From the NCBI GenBank assembly GCA_039593615.1, contig JBCNOY010000024.1:2382-66381 (forward strand): a DNA stretch of 64,000 nucleotides, given 5' to 3'. The stretch is from Enterobacterales bacterium. Lineage in GTDB: Bacteria; Pseudomonadota; Gammaproteobacteria; Enterobacterales; Enterobacteriaceae. Below are positions 47,101 to 59,900 of this stretch, piece by piece. The position numbers and the translations under genes are program-made. Each line of letters opens with the position of its first letter. Position 1 is the stretch's first letter. A model generated the notes under the pieces. It made no database searches. It had not been told where the DNA came from and was given only the letters and a program-made list of their open reading frames with translations.

Positions 47101-47796
47101 ATGCGCTGCAAATCCGACTACATTCTGATGCTGGAGCCGGTTCACGCTATTTCCGGTGAAGTGGTGGCATGGGAATTGTTGACGCGTTTCGCAGATGATG
47201 CAGATACCAATAATAAGCGTAACCCTGACAGGGATGCAGGGTTCTTCAGTCGGCTTTCTGCTGACGAAAAATGGCAGTTATTCCTCCACCAGGTCGAAAA
47301 ACTTATTCAGCTTTACCATGCGGGGTTTGAGCAGGTCATCAGCGTTAATGTAGACAGAGATATTGTTTCAGGCATTTTTAAAGATGCTGAAATACAAAGA
47401 AAACTGGCCGCGCTGACGCGATTACGGCTGGAAATCTCTGCCTTCTTCACCGCACGTTTTAATAGTGCCGACCTGCTGATCCTGAAAGGCGTAGCCAAAA
47501 TCACGCCGGCCCCGTTATGGCTCGATGACTTTGGTCCGGGTTATTCCAACCTGACCATGCTCGATAGCGGAATATTCGACATCGTCAAGATTGATAAAAA
47601 TTTTTTTTGGCAATTTGGCGAAGATCGCACTTTCGACATTCTGCTCGACCACCTCAATCAATTATGTCGCGGCGTGATTATTGAGGGCGTTGAACATCAA
47701 CGTCAGGTTGATTTGCTGTCGCAAAAATCAATTTACGGCATGCAAGGCTACCACTGGAAGAGCGTCTATCTCACTGATTTGTTGGCGCAAGTCTGA
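47101..47796 (+). CDS. Stand-alone EAL-domain protein (PdeH/YhjH-like c-di-GMP phosphodiesterase)
   Basis: WELLTR, SVNV, RLEI, WLDDFGPGYSNL, VKIDK, IIEGVE, QGY; no sensor or GGDEF domain. Confidence 0.9.
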   Translation: MRCKSDYILMLEPVHAISGEVVAWELLTRFADDADTNNKRNPDRDAGFFSRLSADEKWQLFLHQVEKLIQLYHAGFEQVISVNVDRDIVSGIFKDAEIQRKLAALTRLRLEISAFFTARFNSADLLILKGVAKITPAPLWLDDFGPGYSNLTMLDSGIFDIVKIDKNFFWQFGEDRTFDILLDHLNQLCRGVIIEGVEHQRQVDLLSQKSIYGMQGYHWKSVYLTDLLAQV

Positions 47797-47955
47797 AAAG
47801 AGTTCGGCAGAGCTTTTTTTTCGGACGGGCGGCAAATAACGACTCAGCGCGTTTTCACTGTGCCTCTGGCAGATGAAACCGGCCTGGAGAGGATGTGAGT
47901 AATTCATTGAATTATTCGCGAAGAATACCGGTGTCTGGCGATACCGGGCGTTTTT

Positions 47956-50900
47956 ATGGATGCCATTAAGCTTATAACTGCGCGGGATATCGATAAAATG
48001 AACAATATCTCTGTAACGCCTAAAGGCGGAACGATTGCTACTGAAGTGAGCGGTAATCAGGTTAATTTGACTGCTCCCAGTGTGGTTAAGCTCAACCTTA
48101 ATCAGGCTGATATTAAGTCTTTCACACGCAATGGTAGTGATTTAGTGGTCACCACTAAATCCGGTGAAGTCGTTGTTATTCATAAATTCTACGATGCTAA
48201 CGGCGACAGCGATCTGGTGCTGCAGGACGACAAAGGCGCGCTGTGGTGGGTGGAAGATCCCGGCACAGAAGGCTTCCAGTTTGTCTCTATCGACAGCACG
48301 GAAGGGCTGTTAGCGGAAAACGTCACGGGTGACGGAACACTAACCGCCTTTGGTATCGCCGGCGCCGCGCTGGCCGGTATCGGTGCGCTGATCGCCGGTA
48401 ACAACGGCGGTGGCGGCGGTGGTGGTGGGGATAACGGCGGCGGCGACAATGGCGGCGGCGGTGATACCACGGCTCCGGCGGCAGTCAGCGATCTGCTGAT
48501 CACGGATAACGCGGGCAGCGTGCAGGGCGCTATCACGGGTGGCACCAGCACCGATGACAACACGCCTACGCTGAGCGGCACGGCCGAAGCGGGGACCATT
48601 GTCAGTATTTACGACGGCACCACCCTGCTGGGTACGGTCACCGTCGGTGCCGATGGCCGCTGGAGCTTCACGACACCCGCTCTGGGTGAAGGGCAGCACA
48701 GCCTGACGGTTACCGTCACCGATGCTGCCGGCAACACCAGTCCGGCCACCAGCCCGGTTGATTTCACCGTCGATACGCAGCCACCGGCAGTGGCCACGGA
48801 CGTGGCCCTGACCAACAACAGCGGTGGCAGCACCACGCCGGTACCAAACGGATCGAGCAGCGATGATAACACGCCGACCCTGAGCGGCCGCGGTGAAGCG
48901 GGCGCTGTCGTCAGCGTTTACGATGGTCAGACGCTGCTCGGCACCGCTCTGGTGGGCGCGAACGGCAACTGGAGTTTTACCACGCCAGCGCTGAGCAATG
49001 GCAGCCACAGCCTGACCGTGACGCTGACGGACGCTGCCGGCAACGTCAGCGCTGCGTCCTCGCCGTTTGTGGTGACGATTCAGGCGGGCCTGCCGTCAAC
49101 CAGCAGTTCGCTGCAAATTACCGACGATAGCGATGCCACGCTGCGCACGCTGAGCGATGGCGCCAGTACCAAAGACAGCACGCCGGTGCTGAGCGGCCTG
49201 GCGAGCGCTAACGCCGTCATCACGCTGTACAACGGCACCACGCTGCTGGGCAGTACTATTGCCGACGGCAGCGGTCAGTGGCGCTTCACTCCCGCCACGC
49301 TGGCAGATGGTACTTATGCGTTCCGCGCGGTTGCCACCGACGCCGCCGGTAACGTCACCACCTCCGTCACCCTGACGGTCACCATTGATACCGTGGCGCC
49401 CGGCGCGGCAGGCGATCTGCTGCTGACCGGCGACAGCAATGGCACCGTGACGCCGATTGCCGCCGGCGGCAGCAGCAATGACAACACGCTGGTGCTGAGC
49501 GGCACGGCAGAGGCCGGCAGCACCGTTACGGTACGCGATGGCAACGTCGTGCTCGGCACGGCGATCGTCGGCAGTAACGGCAGCTGGAGCTTCACCACGC
49601 CAGCGCTCAGCGACGGCAATCACAGCCTGACTACCACGGTAACCGACAGCGCCGGCAACACCGGTCCGGCGTCAGCGGCTATTGTGGTCACTGTCGATAC
49701 CACCGCACCGGCGGCGATCGGCGATCTGCAGGTGATCGACAACGTGGGTGCCAGCCAGGGCCCGCTGACGTCGGGCGCTACCACCGATGACAACACTCCT
49801 ACCCTGAGCGGCAGCGGCGAAGCCGGTGCGCTGATCAGCATTTACGACGGCAGCACGCTCCTGGGCAATACCCTTGTCGGGGCCAACGGCAGCTGGAGCT
49901 TTACCACGCCAGCGCTTAGCAACGGCAGCCACAGCCTGACCGTTACGCAAACCGATGCGGCGGGCAACGTCAGCAGCGCGACTGCGGAATTTGTGGTCAA
50001 TGTGGACGCTGCGCTGCCGCCCGCCAGCGCCAGCATTGAGCTGGTGGGCGACAGCGGCAATACCCTCGTCTCACTGCAAAACGGCGCCGTCACCAATGAC
50101 GACAGCCCGACCCTCGCCGGCCTGACCCGGGCGGGCAGCCTCGTCCGCATCTTTGACGGCGGCGATCTGCTCGGCAGCACCACCGCCGACGGCAATGGGC
50201 AGTGGAGCTTTGCCCTGAGCAACCTGAGTGAGGGCGGCCACGCGTTCAGCGCCACCATTACCGACGTTGACGGCAATGTGATTGACACCGTCACCCTGAA
50301 CATTACGGTTGATACCACGCCACCGGCGGCAGCCAGCGATCTGGCACTGCTGAACGATGCCGGCAGTACCGCACAGCCGGTGACGGGCGGCAGCGCGATC
50401 AACGATGCGACACCGCTGCTGAGTGGCACGGCGGAAGCCGGCAGTATTGTCACGATTCGCGATGGCAACACCGTTCTCGGTAGCGTCAGCGTGGGCAGTA
50501 ACGGTAGCTGGAGCTTCACCACGCCAGCGCTGGGCGAGGGCAATCACAGCCTGAGCACCACGGTGACCGATGCCGCCGGCAACGTCAGCCCGGCATCAAC
50601 GCCGATCGCCTTTAGTGTTGACACCACCGCGCCTGCCGCCGTCAGCGGCCTGCAGGTGACGGATAACGCGGGCAGCGCCACCGGCGCGCTGGCTTCCGGC
50701 CAGACCACCGACGATCGCACGCCAACCCTGAGCGGTTCGGCAGAAGCGGGCGCGGTGGTGCGTATCTATGACGGCACCACGCTGCTCGGTAGCGTTACCG
50801 CCGGCAGCAACGGCAGCTGGAGCTTTACGCCAGATGCGCTCACCAATGGGCAGCACAGCCTGACCACCACGGTGACTGACGCGGCCGGCAACGTCAGCCC

Positions 50901-53900
50901 GGCATCGCCGGTGTTCACGGTCAACATCGAGGCGGGCGTGCCGGCCACCAGCAGCCTGCTGATTGTCACCGATGATAACGGCAGCACGCTGGTCGAACTG
51001 GCCAATAACGACAGCACCACCGACAGCACGCCGATTCTCAGCGGCCAGGCCGGGGCGGGCGATCTCGTCACCCTGTACAACGGCAGCACGGTTTTGGGCA
51101 GCGTGGTCGCGGGCAGCAACGGACAGTGGAGCTTCACGCCAGCGGCGCTGGCCGACGGCACTTACGCATTCCGCGCCAGCGCCGATAACGGCAGCGGCAC
51201 GGTGACGGATTCGCCGGTAATCACCATCACCATCGACACCGTCGCGCCCGCGGCACCGACAGGCATCCAGCTGACCAACGATGACGGCGATCCGCTGGGC
51301 ACAGGCAGCACTAACGTCGCTGCGCCAACCCTGAGCGGCAGCGGCGAAGCTGGCGGTGTGGTGATTATCTCCGATGGCGGTACGGTGATTGGCAGCACCA
51401 CGGTGGGCAACGATGGCAACTGGAGCTTCACCACGCCGCCCCTCAGCGATGGCAGCCACAGCCTGACCAGCACCGTGACCGATGCGGCTGGCAACACCGG
51501 ACCGGCGTCAACACCGGTAACCGTCACCGTCGATACGCAGGCACCGGCGGCGGCAGGCAATCTGCAGCTCAGTAATGGCGACGGCACACCGGTTGCCGCG
51601 GGCGGCAGCACCAATGACACCACGCCAACCCTGAGCGGTACCGCTGAACCCGGTAGCACGGTGACCGTCAGCGATGGCGATACGGTGCTGGGCACGGCGA
51701 CGGCAGGCAGCGACGGCAGCTGGAGTTTCACCCCGACCGATCCGCTGAGCGAAGGGCAACATAACCTGACGTCCACCGTTACCGACACGGCGGGCAATAC
51801 CGGGCCGGGCAGTACGGCGGTGATTGTTATTGTCGATACCAGCGCCCCTGCCGTGGCCAGCGAGCTGCTGCTCAGCAACGACCAGAGCGGCACACCGGTG
51901 CCGGTCAGCAATGGCCTCACCAATGACACCACGCCGGTGCTCAGTGGCCGCGCGGAACCGGGCAGCACCGTGACCATTTCCGATGGCGATACGGTACTGG
52001 GCACCGCCACCGTCGGCAACGACGGCAGCTGGAGCTTCACCGCACCGGTGCTGGCGGCGGGCGACCATAGCCTGACGGCGACGGTGACCGATACCGCTGG
52101 CAACACCAGCGAACCCTCGGCCGCCCTCAGCTTCACCATCGATACCACCACGCCAGCCGCGCCGGGCAATGTACAGCTCAGTGATGATCAGAGCGGCACG
52201 CCGGTGCTGATCACCAGTGGTGCCACTAACGACACCACGCCGGTCCTGAGCGGCAGCGGCACCGCCGGCAGCACCATCACCGTCTCGGATGGCAATACCG
52301 TGCTGGGCACCACCACGGTCAACGACGACGGCAGCTGGAGCTTCACGCCAGCCACCGCGCTGGGCGAGGGGCCGCACAGCCTGACGGCGACCGAAACCAG
52401 TCCGGCTGGCAATACCAGCGCACCTTCTGCTCCGCTGGAGGTGAACATCGATCTCACCGATCCGGCGCCCGCCGCAGACTTGCTGCTGGTTAACGATCAG
52501 GGCGCAACGCCGCTGCCGATCGCGGCGGATGGCGTCACTAATGACACCACGCCGCTGTTCAGCGGTAGCGCGGAGCCGGGCAGCCTCGTCGCGATTTACG
52601 ACAATGGCAGCGTGATTGGCTCGGCGCAGGCCGATGCAAACGGCAACTGGAGCTTTACGCCGGATCCGGCACTGGAGGCGGGCACGCATAGCCTGACCAC
52701 CATTGTCACCGACACGGCGGGCAACAGCGGGCCGACGTCTGATGCGTTTGATTTCACAATCGATCTCACCACGCCGTCTGCCGCCGTTGATGTCGTGCTG
52801 AACAACGATAACGGCGAGACGCCGCAGCCGATTAACAGTGGCACCGCGACCAACGACACCACGCCGCAGCTGAGCGGCACCGCCGATGCCGGCAGTACCG
52901 TCACCATCCTCGATGGCAACACGGTACTGGGCAGCGTGCTGGTGGGGGCCGGTGGCACATGGACCTATGCGGTACCGACGCTGAGCCAGGGCGAACATAG
53001 CCTGACCACGACGGTTACCAGCCCGGCGGGCAACGTTAGCGCACCGTCCGCGGCGATTGATTTTACCGTGGATACCACGGCACCGGCCGAGCCGACCGGC
53101 CTGCTGCTGGTGAACGATGAGGTTGATCCGGCCGTACCGGTGGCCTCTGGCGGGGCGACCAACGACACCACACCAGTGTTGAGCGGTAGCGCCGAGCCTG
53201 ACAGCGTGGTGATCGTGCGCGACAACGGCGTGATCATCGGCTCGGCTACCGCCGGCAATGACGGCAGCTGGCGCTTCACGCCAGATACCGCCCTGGAAGC
53301 GGGCAGTCACAGCCTGACGGCCAGCGTCACCGATCCGGCAGGCAACGTCGGGCCGGAGTCCGCGCCGTACACCTTCACCGTTGATCTCACGCCACCGGCA
53401 GCGCCAGTGGACGTGGTGCTGAGCAATAACGATGGCAGCACGCTGGTGGCGATTGCCGCCAATGGCGCGACCAACGACACTACGCCGCAGCTCTCCGGCA
53501 GCGCCACGGCGGGCAGTATCATCACTGTCTACGATGGCGACAGCACGACGCCGATCGGTTCTGTGACCGTGGGCGCCGATGGCAGCTGGCAGTTTGTTAC
53601 CGGTACGCTGGACGAGGGCGATCACAGCCTGACGGTAACGGTGACTGATGCGGCGGGTAACGTCAGCGATCCTTCCGCGCCGATTAGCTTTACCGTGGAT
53701 ACCACGGCGCCGGACGCGGTCGTCGATCTGCTGCTGGTGAACAACAATGTCGATCCGGCCACGCCAATCACCTCAGGCAGCACCACCAATGACAGCACGC
53801 CGCTGCTCAGCGGAACGGCGGAGCCGAACAGCACCATCATCGTCTATGACGGACAGACGCCTATCGGCACGGCGACGGCAGGTAACGACGGCGCATGGAC

Positions 53901-56900
53901 CTTCTCACCTGAACTGACCGATGGCTCGCACAGCCTCAGCGTGACGGTCACCGACGTCGCCGGCAATGTCAGCGCACCGAGCGCCAGCGTGGCGATCACC
54001 GTCGATACTGTAGCACCGTCGGCGGTCACCCAGCTGAGCGTCGCCAGCGACAATGGCAACGGCGATCCGGTCACCATCCCGAACGGCGGCTTAACCAGTG
54101 ACAACACGCCGGTGCTGAGCGGCAGCGGCGATCCGGGCAGCCTGATTGTGATTACCTCGCAGAACGGTCCGGTGGGCAGCGTCACTGTCGGCAGCAGCGG
54201 CAGCTGGAGCTTCACGCCGGCCAGTGCGCTGAGTGACGGCAGCTACACCTTAACCGTTGTGGCGCGCGACGCGGCGGGCAACGTCAGCGCGCCGGTCACG
54301 GCACAGCTGGTGATTGACGCCACCGCACCGGATCAGGTGACGGAAATCAGTCTCTCCAATGACAACGGCAGTGCGCTGGTGGATATTCCGTCGGGATCGA
54401 CCACCAGCGATACCACGCCGTTGCTGGCGGGGGTTGCTGAGCCGGGCAGCACGGTGAATATTCTGGATAATGGCGCGCCGATTGGTACGGCGATTGCGGA
54501 CAGTGACGGCGCGTGGAGTTTCAACGTGCCAACCCTCACCAACGCGGCGCACAGCCTGACGGTGACCGTTACCGATGCGGCCGGTAACACCGGACCGGCG
54601 TCGGCACCGATTACCTTTACCGTGGATAGCCAGGCACCGGCCCAGGCCACGCTGGAAGTGAATAACGACAACGGTACCGATCTGGTACTGGTGCCCGATG
54701 GCACCTTTACCAATGACAACACGCCACGCCTGAGCGGTACGGCGGAGGCTGACAGCCTGGTGACCATTTACGATGGCAATGTGGTGCTGGGTTCGACCAC
54801 CGCCAATGCGGACGGCGAATGGGTGTTCCTGTCGCCCGTGCTCACCGATGGTCAGCACACCCTGACGGCCACGGTGACGGACAGCCTCGGCAACGTCAGT
54901 GCGCCGTCTTCCAGCTTCACCGTTCAGGTTGATGCCACGCCGCCGCAGCCGGTCAGCGCCGTGCTGCTGCAGAATGACAACGATCCGGATAACCTTGTCA
55001 CCATCGCCAACGGTGGCGCCACTAACGACAACACGCCGCTGCTGAGCGGCAGCGGTGAGCCGGGTGGTCTCGTCAACGTGTACAACGGCAACGTGCTGGT
55101 GGGGTCGGCGACGGTGGACAGCGAAGGCAACTGGAGCCTGAATACGTCGCCGCTGGATAACGGCAGCTATACGCTGACGGTCGTCGTCAGTGACAACGCG
55201 GGTAACGTCAGCGACCCGGTGAGCATTGGCGTGACGGTTAACACCGTCGGGCCGGATCCGGTGCTGTCGTTTGAGGTCAACACCAATAACGGTCCGACCG
55301 CTCTGCCGCTGGTGGATGGCAGCTTTACCAACGACACTACGCCGGTACTGAGCGGAACGGCGCAGGCCGGTGCCATCATCAATCTGTTGCAGGACGATAC
55401 GGTGATTGGCTCGGTGGTCGCCGATGCCAATGGCGTATGGCGCTTTGAAACCAGTGCGCTGCAGGATGGCAGCTACGCCTTCTCGGTGCAGGTGGTGGAT
55501 GCCGCTGGCAACGTCAGCGAGCCGGTGGGTCCGGTGAATGTCACCGTCGATACGCTGGCACCAGACGCGGTTCCTGACCTGGTGGTCGCCGACAACGTGG
55601 GCGGCACGACGGGCCCGCTGGATGACGGCGCGTCGACCGATGACAACACGCCAACCCTGAGCGGCACGGCAGAAGCTGGCAGCACGGTGAACATTTACGA
55701 TGGCACCACGCTGCTGGGCACTGCGCTGGCCGGCTCGGGCGGGGCCTGGAGCTTTACGACCGCGGCGCTCAACAACGGACCTCACAGCTTCACCGTGACC
55801 GTGACCGATGCGGCGGGCAACGTCAGCACGGCGACGCCGGCGTTCAGCCTTAACGTGCAGGCCGATCTGCCGCCAGCCACCTCGACGCTGCAAATCACTG
55901 ACGACACGGGCACGACGCTGGTGACGCTGGCAGACGGCGCGGTAACCCGCGACACCACGCCAACGCTCAGCGGCTCTGCCGAAGCCGGTCAGCTGATTCG
56001 TATTTATGACGCTAATACGGATGCGGTAATCACCAGCGTTACGGCGGATGCTAACGGCCAGTGGAGCTATACGCCGACGCTGGCTGAAGGCAGCTACGCC
56101 TACTACATCACCGCGCAAAACCCTGGCGGTGATGAGGGGACGCCATCGGCGACCCTCGGCTTCACCGTGGATATCACCGCGCCGGCGGTGGCCGCTGATG
56201 TGGTGATCAGCAACGATCGCAGCGGCACGGCGGTGCCGATTAGCGACGGCAGCGTCATCAATGACAACACGCCGGTACTCAGCGGCAGCGCCGAAGTGGG
56301 CAGCCTGGTCACGGTGTACGATGGCAGCACCGCTATCGCGTCGGTGGTGGTGGGCGCAGGGGGAAGCTGGACGCTGACCACGCCTGCATTGAGCGAAGGG
56401 ACGCACGCGCTGAGCGTGGGCGTCAGCGATGCGGCAGGTAACAGCAGCGACCGCACCCCGGCGCTTAGCTTCACTGTGGACAGCATCGCACCGAACGCTT
56501 CGACGCTGGTCATCACCAACGATGATACCGCGCAGCCGGTGCTCAACGGCGGCTACAGCAGCGATGCCACGCCAACCCTGAGCGGCGTAGCGGAAGCGGG
56601 CAGCACGGTCACCATCCTTAATAATGATGATGTGCTGACCACGCTGACCGTGCCGTCCAGCGGCAACTGGAGCTACACGCCAGCGACAGCGCTGAGTGAA
56701 GGATCGCACACCCTGAGCGTTTCGGTGACCGATGCGGCGGGCAACGTCAGCACCAGCACCAGCGCGACGGTAATCGTTGATACCCTGGCGCCGGACGATC
56801 TGACGCTCACGGCCAGCAATAACAACGGCAGCACGCCGGTGACGATTGCTGACGGCGATACCACTAATGACAACACGCCACTGTTACGCGGTGTGGCAGA

Positions 56901-59900
56901 AGCGGGCAGCGTAGTGACCATTCGCCTCGATGGCGATGTGGTGGCCTCGCTGACGGTCGGCAGCAGCGGTAACTGGAGTTACACCTCTGCGGCACTGAGC
57001 GACGGCAGCCATACCTTCAGCGTCACGGAAACGGACGCGGCGGGTAACACCGGCGAGGCGCTCAGCGTGACGCTGATCGTTGATGCGACGCCACCGCTGG
57101 TGGCCACCAACCTGACCATCACTAACGACGTTACCGGCGTCAGCATACCGGCTGGCGGCGCGACTAACGACACCACGCCAACGCTGAGCGGCAGCGCCGA
57201 GGCCAACGCCACGGTTAGCGTTTATGACGGCAACACATTGCTCGGCACGGCGCAGGTGAACGGCAGCGGCGCGTGGAGCTTTGTCTCGCCGACACTGGGT
57301 AACGGCGCGCATGCGCTGAGCGTGGCGGTCACCGATGCGGCGGGCAATACCGGCCCGCGCACCACGCCGGTAACTATCACCGTCGATACCGTTGCGCCGG
57401 GCGCGGCCACGCTGGTGGTCACTAACGACGTCAGCGGCAGCGTCATCCCGAATGGCGGCGTCACCAGCGATACCACGCCGGTGCTGAGCGGTCGGGCGGA
57501 GGCGGGCAGCATCGTCACCGTGCTGGATGGCACCACGCTGGTCGGTTCCGCGCTGGTGGGTAGTGACGGTAACTGGACGCTGACGCCAGCCACGGCGCTG
57601 AGCGAAACGCTCCATACGCTCAACGTCACGGTCACCGATGCGGCCGGTAACGTCAGTGCCACCACCAGCGCCACGCTGGTGATCGACACCACGCCGCCGG
57701 TGGCCATCACCGGGCTGGCAGCGGTGAACAACAACGGCAGCACGCCGGTGGCGATTGCGGCGGGTGGCGTCACTAATGACAGCACGCCACGCCTGAGCGG
57801 CACGGCGGAAGCCAACAGCATCGTGACCATCCGCGATGGTGATACGGTGCTGGGTTCGGTAACCGCCGCCAGCAACGGCAGCTGGAGCTTCGTCACTGGC
57901 ACCTTGTCTGACGGTTTACACACCTTCAGCGTGACGGCCACCGATGCGGCCGGCAATACCGGTCCCGCAGCGTCCCTTGCGCTAACCGTCGACACCGCGC
58001 CGCCGCTGGCGGCAACCGGACTGACGCTGACCAACGACGTCACCGGTGTGGCTATCGTCAATAACGGAGTCACCAACGACAGCACGCCGACGCTGCAGGG
58101 CACGGCGGAAGCGAACGCCATTGTCACGGTTTACGATGGCAACACGCTGCTCGGAACGGTGCAGGCTAACGCCAGCGGCAGCTGGAGCTTCGTCTCGCCG
58201 ACGCTGAGCAATGCCGCCCACGCGCTGAGCGTGACGGTGACCGACAGCGCGGGCAACGTCAGTCCCCGTTCTGAGGTGATTAACCTCACCGTGGATACGG
58301 TGGCGCCAGCGAACACCAGTCTCACCATTATTAATGATGCGACCGGTGCCACCATCGTCAACGGTGGTGCGACCAACGACACCACGCCAACGCTGCGTGG
58401 CAGCGTCAGCGCGGCGGAGGCCGGGGCACGCGTCACCATTCTGGACAACGGTCTGGCACTGGGCACGGCGATTGTACAGGCGGACGGTAGCTGGAGCTTC
58501 ACGCCACTGGCGGCGCTGAGCGCCGGGCCACACCCGATCACGGTGACGGTAACGGATGCGGCAGGTAACGTCAGCGGCACCACCGCGGCCACGGTGATCA
58601 TCGATACCACGGCACCGGCGGCCATCACCAATCTGCTGGCGCTCAACAACAACGGCAGCACGGCGGTGACCATTCCGAATAATGGCGTCACCAACGACAG
58701 CACGCCGCTGCTGAGCGGCAACGGCGAGGCGGGCGCGCGCATCACGGTGTACGACGGCACTACATTGCTGGGCAGCACCACGGTGGGCAGCAACGGCAGC
58801 TGGAGCTTCGTGGTAGGTAACGCGCTGAGCAACGGCAGCCACACGCTGAACGTGACGCAGACCGACCCGGCGGGCAACGTCAGCCCGCAGGTGTCGACCA
58901 CGCTGATCGTCGACACCGTGGTGCCGGTCGCCAGTACGCTGACCATCATTGATGACATCAGCGGTACGCCGGTGACGCTGGCGAACGGCGCCTTTACGCG
59001 CGATACCACGCCAACGCTGCGAGGCACCACGGAAGCGGGTGCCGTGGTCACCATCTACGACGGTGCCAGCGCCATTGGTTCTGTGACCGCGGGGAGTGAT
59101 GGCAGCTGGAGCTTCACCACCGCCACGCTGGCGAACGGCGCGCACACGCTGAGCACCACGGTGACCGATGCGGCGGGTAACGTCAGCACCGGCAACATCA
59201 CGGCGACGGTGAATGTCGATACCCTGCCTCCGGCGGCGGTAAGCGGGCTGGCGATCAACAGCGCCGGTACCCTTGTCACCGGTAGCGGTGAAGTGGGGGC
59301 TACGGTGACGGTGCGCGATGCCAGCGGCAACGCGCTCGGCACCACCACGGTCGGCAGCGGCGGCAACTGGTCGGTGACGCTCACCACCGCGCAAATCACC
59401 GGTGCGCCGCTCTCGGTGATTCAGACGGATCGCGCCGGTAACGTCTCGCCGGGGGCCTCGCTGACCGGTGCGATTCGCATCGTGGCGACCAACGACAGCA
59501 ACGAGGTGGATTACACCAGTACGCAGGCAACGGTGAACAACGGTACGGTCAACTCGTCGCACACCGCGCTGCTGACCGTGGGGCTGGGTACGGTGCTCAA
59601 TGCCAGCGTACTGAACAACGGTAATGCTTACCTGTTCAGCGTGGGTAACGATGACAGCCGTACCGTGACGCTCAACGGTTCGGTGACCAGTCTCGGCGTG
59701 GCCGCCAACTATTCGTTAAACCTGTACGAACAGCAGGCGAACGGCTCGTGGCAGTTGATCAGTATCAAGACCAACTACATTAACGCGCTGCTGACGATCG
59801 GTACGCTGAAAGGGGCAAACGTCACCTACACCGGACTGGGGACCGGCAACTATGCGGTGGTGGTGGCAGCCACCACCAACATTAGTGTGTTGCCAACCAC

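Noticed and set aside
48340-48460. LapG cleavage site in the adhesin N-terminus
   Set aside because: No TAAG-type site in this segment and no lapD/lapG in the window; the hydrophobic plus poly-Gly segment fits the BapA type
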